A DNA stretch of 58,635 nucleotides from Bacteroidia bacterium (GTDB lineage: Bacteria; Bacteroidota; Bacteroidia; NS11-12g; UBA955), in assembly GCA_044373665.1 (NCBI GenBank), contig JBIPNH010000005.1:1-58635 (forward strand), written 5' to 3'. Shown here one piece after another: positions 1 through 8,762 of this stretch (position 1 is the first letter of the stretch; every line of letters begins with the position of its first letter). Below the pieces are notes generated by a model, which saw only the letters and a program-made list of their open reading frames with translations, had not been told where the DNA came from and ran no database searches. Position numbers and translations under genes: made by a program.

Positions 1-732
1 GTTTAATTGAATGATTTCTTCTGCCAATAACATTTCAAAACTTTGCAGTTGTGATAATGCTTCCACAGTGTCTATCCCAGCAAGATCTCCATATTCAACA
101 GATTTTTTCAAGCCTGCTATTCTCTCTCTGCCAATATTCACGGCTTCTTTTAAAAGTGTAACTTTGGTAAACGATAGAGACCATTCGTTGTAAACATCGT
201 GGGCATAAAACAATAAGTCATTGACACTGTTTTGTCTGTCAAACTCGCTTTGCTCAAGCATCGATTTGGCTTGTTTTAAAAATGTTCTTCGTTCATCAAT
301 TAATAATCCCGAACCTATACTTGCCTTTACGCCTGTATATAATAAACCATTGGGAAGGTTTACACGATCACTTCCAATGTACTTAAATGAATTGTCACTT
401 TCTCTTAATCCCTCATTAAATTCGAAACCAATTTTAGGTTTTAAGCCATACCATGTAGGAATACTAACCTCTGTTAATAACTGCTGCCAGTAGTTTTTAT
501 TGTCAAATGTTTTTTGGTCGAACGAACCCCTAATTGTAGGGTCAAATTGCCCTCTGGCGCTTAGTAAGTTAGCCCGAGCTTGTTGTTTTAATATCTCAGC
601 TTGTTTTGCTATTGGGTGAAACTTAACAACAACTCCAACAAATTCTTTTAGTGAAAACACAAAAGTGGAATCAGCATAAGTGCTGTATTGACAAAAAAGT
701 AAAATAACGAGTACTAAAATCTTACTTCTCAT
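1..732 (-). CDS. TolC/OprM-family outer membrane efflux protein, N-terminal part (runs off left edge)
   Basis: Absent from the ORF track because it has no stop in the window. My reverse-complement translation from the ATG at 732 gives MRSKILVLVILLFCQYSTYA (signal peptide) then ...KFHPIAKQAEILKQQARANLLSARGQFDPTIRGSFDQKTFDNKNYW..., a typical TolC-family N-terminus. It overlaps the HlyD stop by 11 nt and is the third gene of the ABC-HlyD operon. Confidence 0.75.
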   Translation of the reverse strand, partial: MRSKILVLVILLFCQYSTYADSTFVFSLKEFVGVVVKFHPIAKQAEILKQQARANLLSARGQFDPTIRGSFDQKTFDNKNYWQQLLTEVSIPTWYGLKPKIGFEFNEGLRESDNSFKYIGSDRVNLPNGLLYTGVKASIGSGLLIDERRTFLKQAKSMLEQSEFDRQNSVNDLLFYAHDVYNEWSLSFTKVTLLKEAVNIGRERIAGLKKSVEYGDLAGIDTVEALSQLQSFEMLLAEEIIQLN

Positions 733-2041
733 TCTTTTTCTGGTTTTTTGTAGAATAATAAAAATCAGGAGGGAATCCACTTAAGTTACGCCAAATTTCG
801 TAAGCAACTCTAACATTTTTCAACAAGCCTATACCTCTAGCACCTCCCCCTAATTGTATTTGTTTTGGCCAAGGATGTTCATTAGGGTCAGGAGAAACTA
901 AAACACGGTATTTCCCATTTTCACTTATATCACTGTCAATAACTGCAACAACACCACCAAATGTGCCATAACTAGCACCGGGCCATCCTGAAAAAACTAT
1001 TGTTGGCCATCCATCAAACAGTATTCTAAACTGATTTCCTTTCTTTATTAAAGGCAAGTCCATTGGTTTTACATATAATTCTACCGCTAAATTTGGCTCA
1101 CTAGAGGTAATAGAAGCTACTTCTTCTCCTTGTTTGATGGTTTCTCCAATACCCGATTTTCTGATTTTTACTATCTGTCCTTTTCTTGGGGATAATAAAA
1201 AGTAATTACCATTTCTTATAGCGTAATTGCTGTATTGATTGTTTAGTTTGGAAAGTTCCTCGTCGGCTTTAAACATATCAGAATTGGTACTTTCTATTTC
1301 AGATTCTATTTTATAAATTTTACTCAAAAATTCAGATTCAATAGTGTTTAGTTCAGTAATTGCGTTAATGTTTTCACTTAAACTTATTGAAAGTTTTTGG
1401 GAAGCTACAATTTCTTTTGAAGCGGCTTCTTGTTCTTTGTTTCTTCTTTGCTCTAATGCAACTAAACTAATGTTGCCTTCTTTGTAAAGTTTTTCACCAC
1501 GTTCTAATTGTTCCTTTGAGATTTTATAATTCACAATAGCGGCTTTAAGTTCTGCGCTGTCTTGTCTTACTTTATCTCGACTTTGCCTTACTTTAACTTT
1601 GGCTTGCGAAAGTTTATTCATTAGGTTTTGTTTTTCTGCTCCAACCTGTGATTCTAGAAATTTTACTTTACTCTCATAGGAACCTATAGCACCTTCTTTG
1701 GCTACAATTTGTTCTTTGGTTCTGTTTAGTAATTTGGGGTCAAAATATTGGTCTTTTATCTCAGAAATAAAGATGATGGTATCACCTTCTTCTACCAAGT
1801 CACCTTCTCTCACATACCATTTTTCAATACGACCATCAATGATGCTTTGAATGCCTTGAGGTCTATCATAGGGAGTTAATGTGGTTACTTTTCCTTCTGA
1901 ACTAATGTTTTGTGTCCAAGGGAAAAACATTAAAACGACAATAAAAACAAAAGTGCCAATTATGTATTTTTTTAATTTTCTGGCAGTTTTTGGAACCGTT
2001 ATTAATCGTTCGCAAAGGCTATTTGATAATATATCTTCCAT
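722..2041 (-). CDS. HlyD-family membrane fusion / secretion adaptor protein
   Basis: 439 aa with one N-terminal TM helix. It has a biotinyl-lipoyl-like hairpin (GRIEKWYVREGDLVEEGDTIIFI), a long coiled-coil region and a C-terminal beta-barrel. It lies 6 nt downstream of the ABC gene. Confidence 0.85.
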   Translation of the reverse strand: MEDILSNSLCERLITVPKTARKLKKYIIGTFVFIVVLMFFPWTQNISSEGKVTTLTPYDRPQGIQSIIDGRIEKWYVREGDLVEEGDTIIFISEIKDQYFDPKLLNRTKEQIVAKEGAIGSYESKVKFLESQVGAEKQNLMNKLSQAKVKVRQSRDKVRQDSAELKAAIVNYKISKEQLERGEKLYKEGNISLVALEQRRNKEQEAASKEIVASQKLSISLSENINAITELNTIESEFLSKIYKIESEIESTNSDMFKADEELSKLNNQYSNYAIRNGNYFLLSPRKGQIVKIRKSGIGETIKQGEEVASITSSEPNLAVELYVKPMDLPLIKKGNQFRILFDGWPTIVFSGWPGASYGTFGGVVAVIDSDISENGKYRVLVSPDPNEHPWPKQIQLGGGARGIGLLKNVRVAYEIWRNLSGFPPDFYYSTKNQKKNEK

Positions 2042-2046
2042 TTATC

Positions 2047-3777
2047 TTAATTAAGTGTTTCTGTTATTTCAATTCTATTTTTGAGATTTTCGAAATGGTC
2101 GTTAATTTTTATTTCTCCTTTTTCAAGGTAAACAATTCTGTCGCACATAGAGGCAAGTATACTGCTGTTACTTACAATAATCAATGTCCATTTAGCTTCT
2201 TTTGAAGTTAGAAGTTTGCATATTCTTATTTCGTCCTCACGGCCCATGGTGCCTATAAAATCTTCAACTACTAAAATTGCTGGCTTCAATATTAAGTTTC
2301 GGGCAATTTCTATTTTTTTAACAATGGAATTTGAGAGTAATTCATCGTTAGGATACAATACCGTGTTCAATCCGTTTGGAAGACTACCAATAAATCCAGT
2401 TAAATTAGTGTCTTCTATCGCTTTGATAATCTGATTCATGTCTATATCATTTCGGCCCAAAGTTAAGTTTTCATACAAACTGCCATTGAATATACTTTGA
2501 TTGCCAAAATCCCCTGAGATATAGGTGTATAAATCTTCTAAATTGATGTTCTTGAGCGATATTTTATTGAATAAAATATTTCCTTCGTAGTTCTGATTGA
2601 TACCCGATAGTAAATTAGATAAAGTGGATTTTCCTGAACCTCCTTTGCCTACTAAACAAACTTTTTCTCCCGGTTTGATAGTTAAGTTAATGTCTTTTAG
2701 TATTTTAGCGTCGTAAATCATTGAATTGACTGATAAATTACTAATTTCAATTTCGATTTTATTGTCCTGTGTTTCTAATTTATAAACCCCTTGTTCATCT
2801 ATAGGAATTGACAATACTTCATCTAGTTTTTCAGCACTAGTTGCCACATCATAAATGGCTTCTAAACTTGTAATTAATTTTTCTACAGAACTAATTACTA
2901 AAATAATAATAATTTCCGACGCTACGAATTGACCAATATTAATTTGTTCTGCAAATATTAAGTTAGTACCAATTATTAATAAGCCTGAAGTAACTAATAA
3001 CTTAAACCCTACCAAAAACCAATATTGTTGTATTAATATTTTGAAGTGTCCTTTTCTCTCTTTCAACCAATGTGAAACCAGTTTGTCGGTTTTGTGTAAA
3101 GAGAAATCTTTGTGATTATTCAATTTGAAAATCTTTTGATTTCTTGCTACTTCTTCCAACCAAAACACAACCTTATACTTCATTTTAGATTCCTTTAAAC
3201 TAGAGGCTATACCTCTTGGTAAAGTAAAACGGAGTAAAATAAACAATAAGAATATTAAAAATAAACCAAAGAAAACAAAGAAAGGATGGTAAAATGAAAG
3301 TAACAACAACCCAAATAGAACCTGAAAAATAGCAGAAGTGAAATCTATTAAGATTTTATTTAATCCCTTTTGTATATTAGTAGCATCAAAAAAACGATTC
3401 ACCAACTCAGGTAAATACACATTATTCAGAGATTCATTCTTAAATCGTGGTATTTTGTGTGCAAACTCAAAAGCAGTAGTTGCAAAAATCCTTTCTTGAA
3501 TACTTTCCGATATCCACATCTGCATAATTTGCAGAAATCCGGAAAATAATAGACCCAACAATACCAATGAAATCAACAAGTATAGTGAAAACGACATTTG
3601 CGCTCCCATAATAAATCCTATGATGGATTGAATTCCTAGGGGTAATGATAAAGCGATGATTCCTGAAAATATTGCGTAACCATACATCAAATAAACATCC
3701 TTGGAGCTCGGTTTTAAAAGTTTAAAAAACTTTCGGATTGGGATTAAATAATTTATAAAGTGTGTATTTTGTTCCAA
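2047..3777 (-). CDS. ABC exporter (fused TMD-NBD, no C39 peptidase domain) with degenerate ATPase motifs
   Basis: 576 aa with six predicted TM helices followed by an NBD. Walker A is GKGGSGKST. The signature (LSNSI), Walker B (ILVVEDF) and H-loop (VSNSS) are non-canonical. The start in the track is TTG. Confidence 0.85.
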   Translation of the reverse strand: MEQNTHFINYLIPIRKFFKLLKPSSKDVYLMYGYAIFSGIIALSLPLGIQSIIGFIMGAQMSFSLYLLISLVLLGLLFSGFLQIMQMWISESIQERIFATTAFEFAHKIPRFKNESLNNVYLPELVNRFFDATNIQKGLNKILIDFTSAIFQVLFGLLLLSFYHPFFVFFGLFLIFLLFILLRFTLPRGIASSLKESKMKYKVVFWLEEVARNQKIFKLNNHKDFSLHKTDKLVSHWLKERKGHFKILIQQYWFLVGFKLLVTSGLLIIGTNLIFAEQINIGQFVASEIIIILVISSVEKLITSLEAIYDVATSAEKLDEVLSIPIDEQGVYKLETQDNKIEIEISNLSVNSMIYDAKILKDINLTIKPGEKVCLVGKGGSGKSTLSNLLSGINQNYEGNILFNKISLKNINLEDLYTYISGDFGNQSIFNGSLYENLTLGRNDIDMNQIIKAIEDTNLTGFIGSLPNGLNTVLYPNDELLSNSIVKKIEIARNLILKPAILVVEDFIGTMGREDEIRICKLLTSKEAKWTLIIVSNSSILASMCDRIVYLEKGEIKINDHFENLKNRIEITETLN

Positions 3778-3794
3778 TGTTATTTATTTTTTGT

Positions 3795-3802
3795 CAAATT
3801 TA
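3795..3802 (-). promoter_or_regulatory. Candidate Bacteroidota -7 promoter box (TAAATTTG) for the ABC-HlyD-TolC operon
   Basis: Exact TAnnTTTG match on the minus strand, 17 nt upstream of the ABC start codon. Confidence 0.4.
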
Positions 3803-3874
3803 TTGATATTAAGAGAATATTTTGCATACATTCGGATAAAAAGAATGTATATTTCGATAATTTTTTAATTCTTT

Positions 3875-5011
3875 ATGCTCCATTACAACAAAGAAACAGT
3901 GAATAAGGTTTTGATAACAAGTGCTTTATTGTTTATAAATGCACTGTTTTGTATTAAATATTTTGAACGTTTTACCTCTTTATTTCCTGTCATTACTATT
4001 TTAGTGTTACTAATACAATGTGGCCTTTTGTATTTCCCGTTTTACAATAAATTCTCTGTTAAGCAACAAAAAATAATTATGTATTTGTTGTTACTTCTGT
4101 CAGTAATAGGCGCTTTGTTTGTTTTTAGTAAAATACACATTTCAAGTTTGAATGTTGACAGATGGAGCGTTATTTATTCTTTTTGGGAGGCTTATTTTAA
4201 TGGCGATTATCCCTACTTCGCAAAGTCGCACATGAATAATCCACCCGGACCAATGCCTATTTATTTTGTAATCGCTTTGCCGTTTTATTTGATAAATGAA
4301 ATTGGTTGGATGCCCCTTATTGCCGTAGTTATAGGACTTATTTTAATCAAAGAATTGATTAAGAATACCACCTCACAACTGATTTTTATTCTATTTATGT
4401 TTTCATTTATGGGTTTTTATTGGGAACTCTTGTCGCGAAGTACCATCTTGTTAAATTCGATTTTAGTTATGATTGTTCTCCTTTACAGTGAAAAAAGTAT
4501 TTCCCGACATAATTATTCCTTTTATCTCAGTGCCCTGTTAACAGGAATAATTTTATCAACTCGAATGGTTTTTGTTATGCCTTTTCTTTCCTTGGGAATA
4601 ATGGTATTGCTTAGTAAAAGAGTTTCATTTCCCAAACTATTAAGCTGGACTGCATTAGCCCTTTTTGCATTTGTCCTCACATTCTTGCCTTTTTATATCG
4701 GTTTCCAAGAATCGTTTTTCGTAATGAACCCTTTCAAAGTTCAATCAGGGTTTTTGTTGCCTTCCATTTACAATTACATTTTTATATTCATTTCAATAGT
4801 ATTGAGTTTGTTTTTTTATAAGCAATTAAGTCTTTTACTACTGTCGGGATATTCATTGTTTATAAGTATTTTCATTTATTTTGTTTACCATTTAATCCAT
4901 TCTGGATTGCAAGGTGCTTATTTTCAAAGTGGTGCTGATATTTCCTATTTTTTATTTTGCGTTCCGTTTTTATTAATGCATTTTTTGATTGAAAAGGAAA
5001 TAAAAATTTAA
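3875..5011 (+). CDS. Polytopic integral membrane protein of unknown function (possibly GT-C-fold glycosyltransferase-like)
   Basis: 378 aa, very hydrophobic with about 10 predicted TM segments. An early loop reads NVDRWSVIYSFWEAYFNGDYPY. No recognisable soluble domain. Divergent from the ABC operon. Confidence 0.55.
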   Translation: MLHYNKETVNKVLITSALLFINALFCIKYFERFTSLFPVITILVLLIQCGLLYFPFYNKFSVKQQKIIMYLLLLLSVIGALFVFSKIHISSLNVDRWSVIYSFWEAYFNGDYPYFAKSHMNNPPGPMPIYFVIALPFYLINEIGWMPLIAVVIGLILIKELIKNTTSQLIFILFMFSFMGFYWELLSRSTILLNSILVMIVLLYSEKSISRHNYSFYLSALLTGIILSTRMVFVMPFLSLGIMVLLSKRVSFPKLLSWTALALFAFVLTFLPFYIGFQESFFVMNPFKVQSGFLLPSIYNYIFIFISIVLSLFFYKQLSLLLLSGYSLFISIFIYFVYHLIHSGLQGAYFQSGADISYFLFCVPFLLMHFLIEKEIKI

Positions 5012-5042
5012 TATATTCGCTTTTAAGAATTCTCGCTTAAAA

Positions 5043-8000
5043 ATGTCAGTAAACACTCAACTTACCTATGATGAAAAATTTGAACAAATTTATCAATCAC
5101 TAAATTCAAACCAAAAAGACGCAGTCAACCATATTGATGGACCTACCATGGTTATTGCAGGGCCAGGAACGGGGAAAACTCAAATATTAGCAGCTAGAAT
5201 TGCCAATATATTAAAGGAAACCGATACAGCGCCCTACCAAATATTGTGTGTTACCTTCACTGATGCTGGGGTTGTAGCCATGCGGAGTAGATTGGAGAGT
5301 TTTATTGGTCCTATCGCCTACCAAGTTAATATCCATACTTTTCACTCCCTTTGTAATCAAATTATATTAGATAATACCGATTATTTTGGATACAAGTCTG
5401 TGCAAGCTGCTTCCGATTTGGAGATTTTACAAGTCATAAGCGAAGTTATTGATGAGTTGCCTTTTCAACATCCTATCAAAAAATTAAAAGGAGAAGTATA
5501 CCAAGAAGCACAAGATTTAAAAAAGCTTTTTTCTATCATGAAAAAAGAAGATTTTTCGGTCGATTTTATTAAAACTAGAGCTGATAAGCATTTGCAAGAC
5601 ATGCTCGACAATGGTGATTTTTATTATAAAAGAGCCTACAAAGACAAAAAAGCAGGTGACTTAAAAGAAGACAGTTATAATCAAGAACATCAAAAACACG
5701 AACGCCTAAAAGCAGCAGCTGAATTATACGCCGTATTTGTTCAAAAAATGAAGGATAAAGGTTGGTATGATTTTGATGATATGATACTTTGGGTGATTAA
5801 TGCTTTCAAAAAAGACCCTTCTTTTTTGCTTAATTATCAAGAACAGTTTTTGTACTACCTAGTAGATGAATTTCAAGACACAAATGGTTCACAGTTAGAA
5901 CTAATTAATTTATTGGCAAAGTATGACGACAATCCCAACCTGTTTGTTGTAGGCGACGAAGATCAATCTATTTATAGATTTCAGGGTGCCAATATTAACA
6001 ATATTATTGATTTTGAAGAGACTTATAAAACCCATATTCATACCACAGTTTTAACAGATAATTACCGTTCCTCACAGTCGATATTAGATGCTTCCAAAGC
6101 GTTGATTTCTTACAATACCGAACGCATTCCTGGAGTCGATAAGGTTCTGTTGGCAAAAGGTTCGGTAAATGGTGCTTTCCCCAAATTACCTCCTAGTTTG
6201 GAAGTGTATCAAAACAACCTTCAAGAAGTCGTTGGAATTGGTCATCAAATAAAAATCCTTCATCAACAAGGTGTTAAATACAAAGACATAGCAGTATTAT
6301 ACAGGAATCACAAACATGTAGAAGATTTAATCGCCTATTTTAATATTCATGAAATTCCGTACAACTCATTTAAGAAAGTAAATGTATTGGAGGAGCTTTT
6401 AATTAAAAAATTACTCACTATCCTCCAGTATATCGAGGCTGAAAATAAAAAACCATTCTCAGGAGAATCCATGTTATTCCAAATTCTGAATTATGATTTT
6501 TACAATATTCATCCCCTAGATATTGCTAAAATTTCGGTTGAAGTATCCAAGTCAAGGAAAAAATGGCGTGAATATTTGGAAGAAAAAACACAAATGAGTG
6601 CATCCTTATTTGATGCTGTTAGTTCAAAAGAATCTAAAGCCGAATTGAACAGATTGGTGTCCGATTTGGAATATTGGATTAAACAATCAAATAATTTGAC
6701 TCTTCCTCAATTGGTTGAAAAAATTATTGCCAAAGGAGGTGTTTTGAGTTATGTAATGCATGCCCCCGATAAAAGATGGCAATTGCAAGTATTGAGAACC
6801 TTTTTTGATTTTGTTAAAGCTCAAGCAGCCAAAAAACCTCAAATATCTATCAATGATTTAGTGCAATTGGTAGCGGAATACAACCGTTTTGATATTTCAT
6901 TGGATGCCATACAAATGACCTCGGCGCCTGACAGTGTTAATTTAATGACTTTGCATAAGAGCAAAGGGCTCGAATTTGAATATGTCTTTATGATTAAATG
7001 TACGGAGCCCGATTGGTCTAAAAAAGGAGGAAATAAACACGATTTTGGTATTTCAAAATATGTAAGTTCACGTGTTGAAACGGTTGCCGATCAAAGGGAA
7101 ATTGAAGAGTTAAGGCGTTTGTTTTTTGTGGGAATGACAAGAGCAAAAAAACAACTCACTATTTCATATTATAACAAAACAGTTAGTGACAAAGACGTAA
7201 GTAAATTGCAGTTTGTGTCTGAATTAATTGAAAATGCTGAATTGCAAGAAAAACATGTTCATGTCGATGAAACAGATTTGTTCGATTTTGAAAGTGCTTT
7301 TTACCGCTTTGAAGAAACACCTGATTTTGACCTTATCGACCATGCTTTCATTGATGAAATACTTAAAAATTACATGCTTTCGGTAACGCATCTCAATTCG
7401 TACTTAAAATGTCCAATTACTTTTTATTTTAATAATGTTTTGAGAGTGCCAAGTGCCAAAAACGAAAATCTTGCTTTTGGAACTGCGGTTCACGCTGCTT
7501 TTGAGAATTTATTGAAAGTTAAAGCTACTCAAACAGAATTGCCAGAAATATCACTATTTACAAGTAGTTTTGCTAAATCAATGCATCAAAATAGAGACAG
7601 CTTTACAGATAAATCATTCGAAAGGATGATGGTTCACGGTCAAGATGTTTTGACGGGATATTATAATAACTATCAAGCAGAATTGTCTGCACTCAATACG
7701 TTTGATGTTGAGAAAAATTTAAATTCAGTTAATTTTAATGGCATACCACTGAAAGGAAAATTAGATTGTGTAATAACCGATGGTGCTAAAGCCTATGTTA
7801 TTGATTTCAAAACGGGTAGGCATGACAATGGTAAAAAGAAATGCAACCCACCTAAAGAGGGTGCAACCGAAGAGAGTAAGTTCGAAGACCAATTCGGTGG
7901 TGATTATTGGAGACAAATGATGTTTTATGCCATTTTGATAAAACACGATGAACGTTACAACAAACAAATGATAGGTGGTGAAATGGATTTTGTGGAACCA

Positions 8001-8234
8001 AGTGTAACAGGAAATTCAAGCAAGTTTCACAAAGAAAAATTTCAAGTATTGCCTAATGAACTCGCCATTGTAGAACATCAAATTAAAGACACCTATTTTA
8101 AAATCAAAAACCATGAATTTGAAAATGGTTGTGGTAAAGAGGAATGTGATTGGTGTAATTTTGTAAAATATTACTTAAAAAAAGAACTTCATTTAAGCAA
8201 TCAATTGCCAGGCAGTCAGATAGATGAAGACTAG
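5043..8234 (+). CDS. UvrD/PcrA/AddA-type SF1 helicase fused to a C-terminal PD-(D/E)XK (Cas4/AddB-like) nuclease
   Basis: 1063 aa. Helicase motifs seen: Walker A AGPGTGKT, motif II LVDEFQDTN, VGDEDQSIYRFQGA, TLHKSKGLEF and VGMTRAK. The C-terminus has YLKCP, GKLDCV, VIDFKTG, RQMMFY and a CGKEECDWC cysteine cluster. Confidence 0.85.
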   Translation: MSVNTQLTYDEKFEQIYQSLNSNQKDAVNHIDGPTMVIAGPGTGKTQILAARIANILKETDTAPYQILCVTFTDAGVVAMRSRLESFIGPIAYQVNIHTFHSLCNQIILDNTDYFGYKSVQAASDLEILQVISEVIDELPFQHPIKKLKGEVYQEAQDLKKLFSIMKKEDFSVDFIKTRADKHLQDMLDNGDFYYKRAYKDKKAGDLKEDSYNQEHQKHERLKAAAELYAVFVQKMKDKGWYDFDDMILWVINAFKKDPSFLLNYQEQFLYYLVDEFQDTNGSQLELINLLAKYDDNPNLFVVGDEDQSIYRFQGANINNIIDFEETYKTHIHTTVLTDNYRSSQSILDASKALISYNTERIPGVDKVLLAKGSVNGAFPKLPPSLEVYQNNLQEVVGIGHQIKILHQQGVKYKDIAVLYRNHKHVEDLIAYFNIHEIPYNSFKKVNVLEELLIKKLLTILQYIEAENKKPFSGESMLFQILNYDFYNIHPLDIAKISVEVSKSRKKWREYLEEKTQMSASLFDAVSSKESKAELNRLVSDLEYWIKQSNNLTLPQLVEKIIAKGGVLSYVMHAPDKRWQLQVLRTFFDFVKAQAAKKPQISINDLVQLVAEYNRFDISLDAIQMTSAPDSVNLMTLHKSKGLEFEYVFMIKCTEPDWSKKGGNKHDFGISKYVSSRVETVADQREIEELRRLFFVGMTRAKKQLTISYYNKTVSDKDVSKLQFVSELIENAELQEKHVHVDETDLFDFESAFYRFEETPDFDLIDHAFIDEILKNYMLSVTHLNSYLKCPITFYFNNVLRVPSAKNENLAFGTAVHAAFENLLKVKATQTELPEISLFTSSFAKSMHQNRDSFTDKSFERMMVHGQDVLTGYYNNYQAELSALNTFDVEKNLNSVNFNGIPLKGKLDCVITDGAKAYVIDFKTGRHDNGKKKCNPPKEGATEESKFEDQFGGDYWRQMMFYAILIKHDERYNKQMIGGEMDFVEPSVTGNSSKFHKEKFQVLPNELAIVEHQIKDTYFKIKNHEFENGCGKEECDWCNFVKYYLKKELHLSNQLPGSQIDED

Positions 8235-8279
8235 GCTTGGGTTTTTGTTGACTGAAACTGTTATTTGGTATTTTTTCTT

Positions 8280-8287
8280 TATTTTTG
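8280..8287 (+). promoter_or_regulatory. Candidate -7 promoter box (TATTTTTG)
   Basis: Exact TAnnTTTG match ending 4 nt before the ATG at 8292. Confidence 0.4.
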
Positions 8288-8291
8288 AAAA

Positions 8292-8759
8292 ATGAGAAAT
8301 AAATCACTCCTTCTCTTGCTATTCTTTTGTGGATTTTCACCTCTTTATTCTCAAAATATTGATGATAAGAATAGTTTTTTTAGAGTAGACTCAGCAACCA
8401 AACTAGTTGAAAATGCTGGTGTTTTTGGTGGAAGTGGTTCCATTCAATATGATTTGTTTATAAAACTATCTCGTAAAAAAATTAAATCTATTGACTCTGC
8501 TTGGGCTCACAATCAAGCTGCTATCATTGTATTTAAAGCCCCCAAAAGTGACAATGCTTTTGTGCTTAAAAAAAATAAAACATACCATCTCATAATCACA
8601 GTTCCTTTTAATCCAGACCCAAGTCCTAAACAAACTATAGTTTCAGTTTCTCCCCCTCAACCATGTCAGGATTTATTAATCCGCGTGACTCATAAAAACA
8701 AACGTCACTTCGTTTGTGTTAAACAATTTAAACTTATCCCATCTATTAATTTACCATAA
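8292..8759 (+). CDS. Small secreted protein, unknown function
   Basis: 155 aa with an N-terminal signal peptide (MRNKSLLLLLFFCGFSPLYSQ). It ends 3 nt before the next gene, so it is probably co-transcribed with the BNR-repeat protein. Confidence 0.5.
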   Translation: MRNKSLLLLLFFCGFSPLYSQNIDDKNSFFRVDSATKLVENAGVFGGSGSIQYDLFIKLSRKKIKSIDSAWAHNQAAIIVFKAPKSDNAFVLKKNKTYHLIITVPFNPDPSPKQTIVSVSPPQPCQDLLIRVTHKNKRHFVCVKQFKLIPSINLP

Positions 8760-8762
8760 TTC

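Noticed and set aside
11-493. Plus-strand ORFs of 60 and 90 aa at the left edge
   Set aside because: They are antisense to a continuous minus-strand reading frame that translates into a convincing TolC-family N-terminus with a signal peptide. The plus-strand products are low-complexity.
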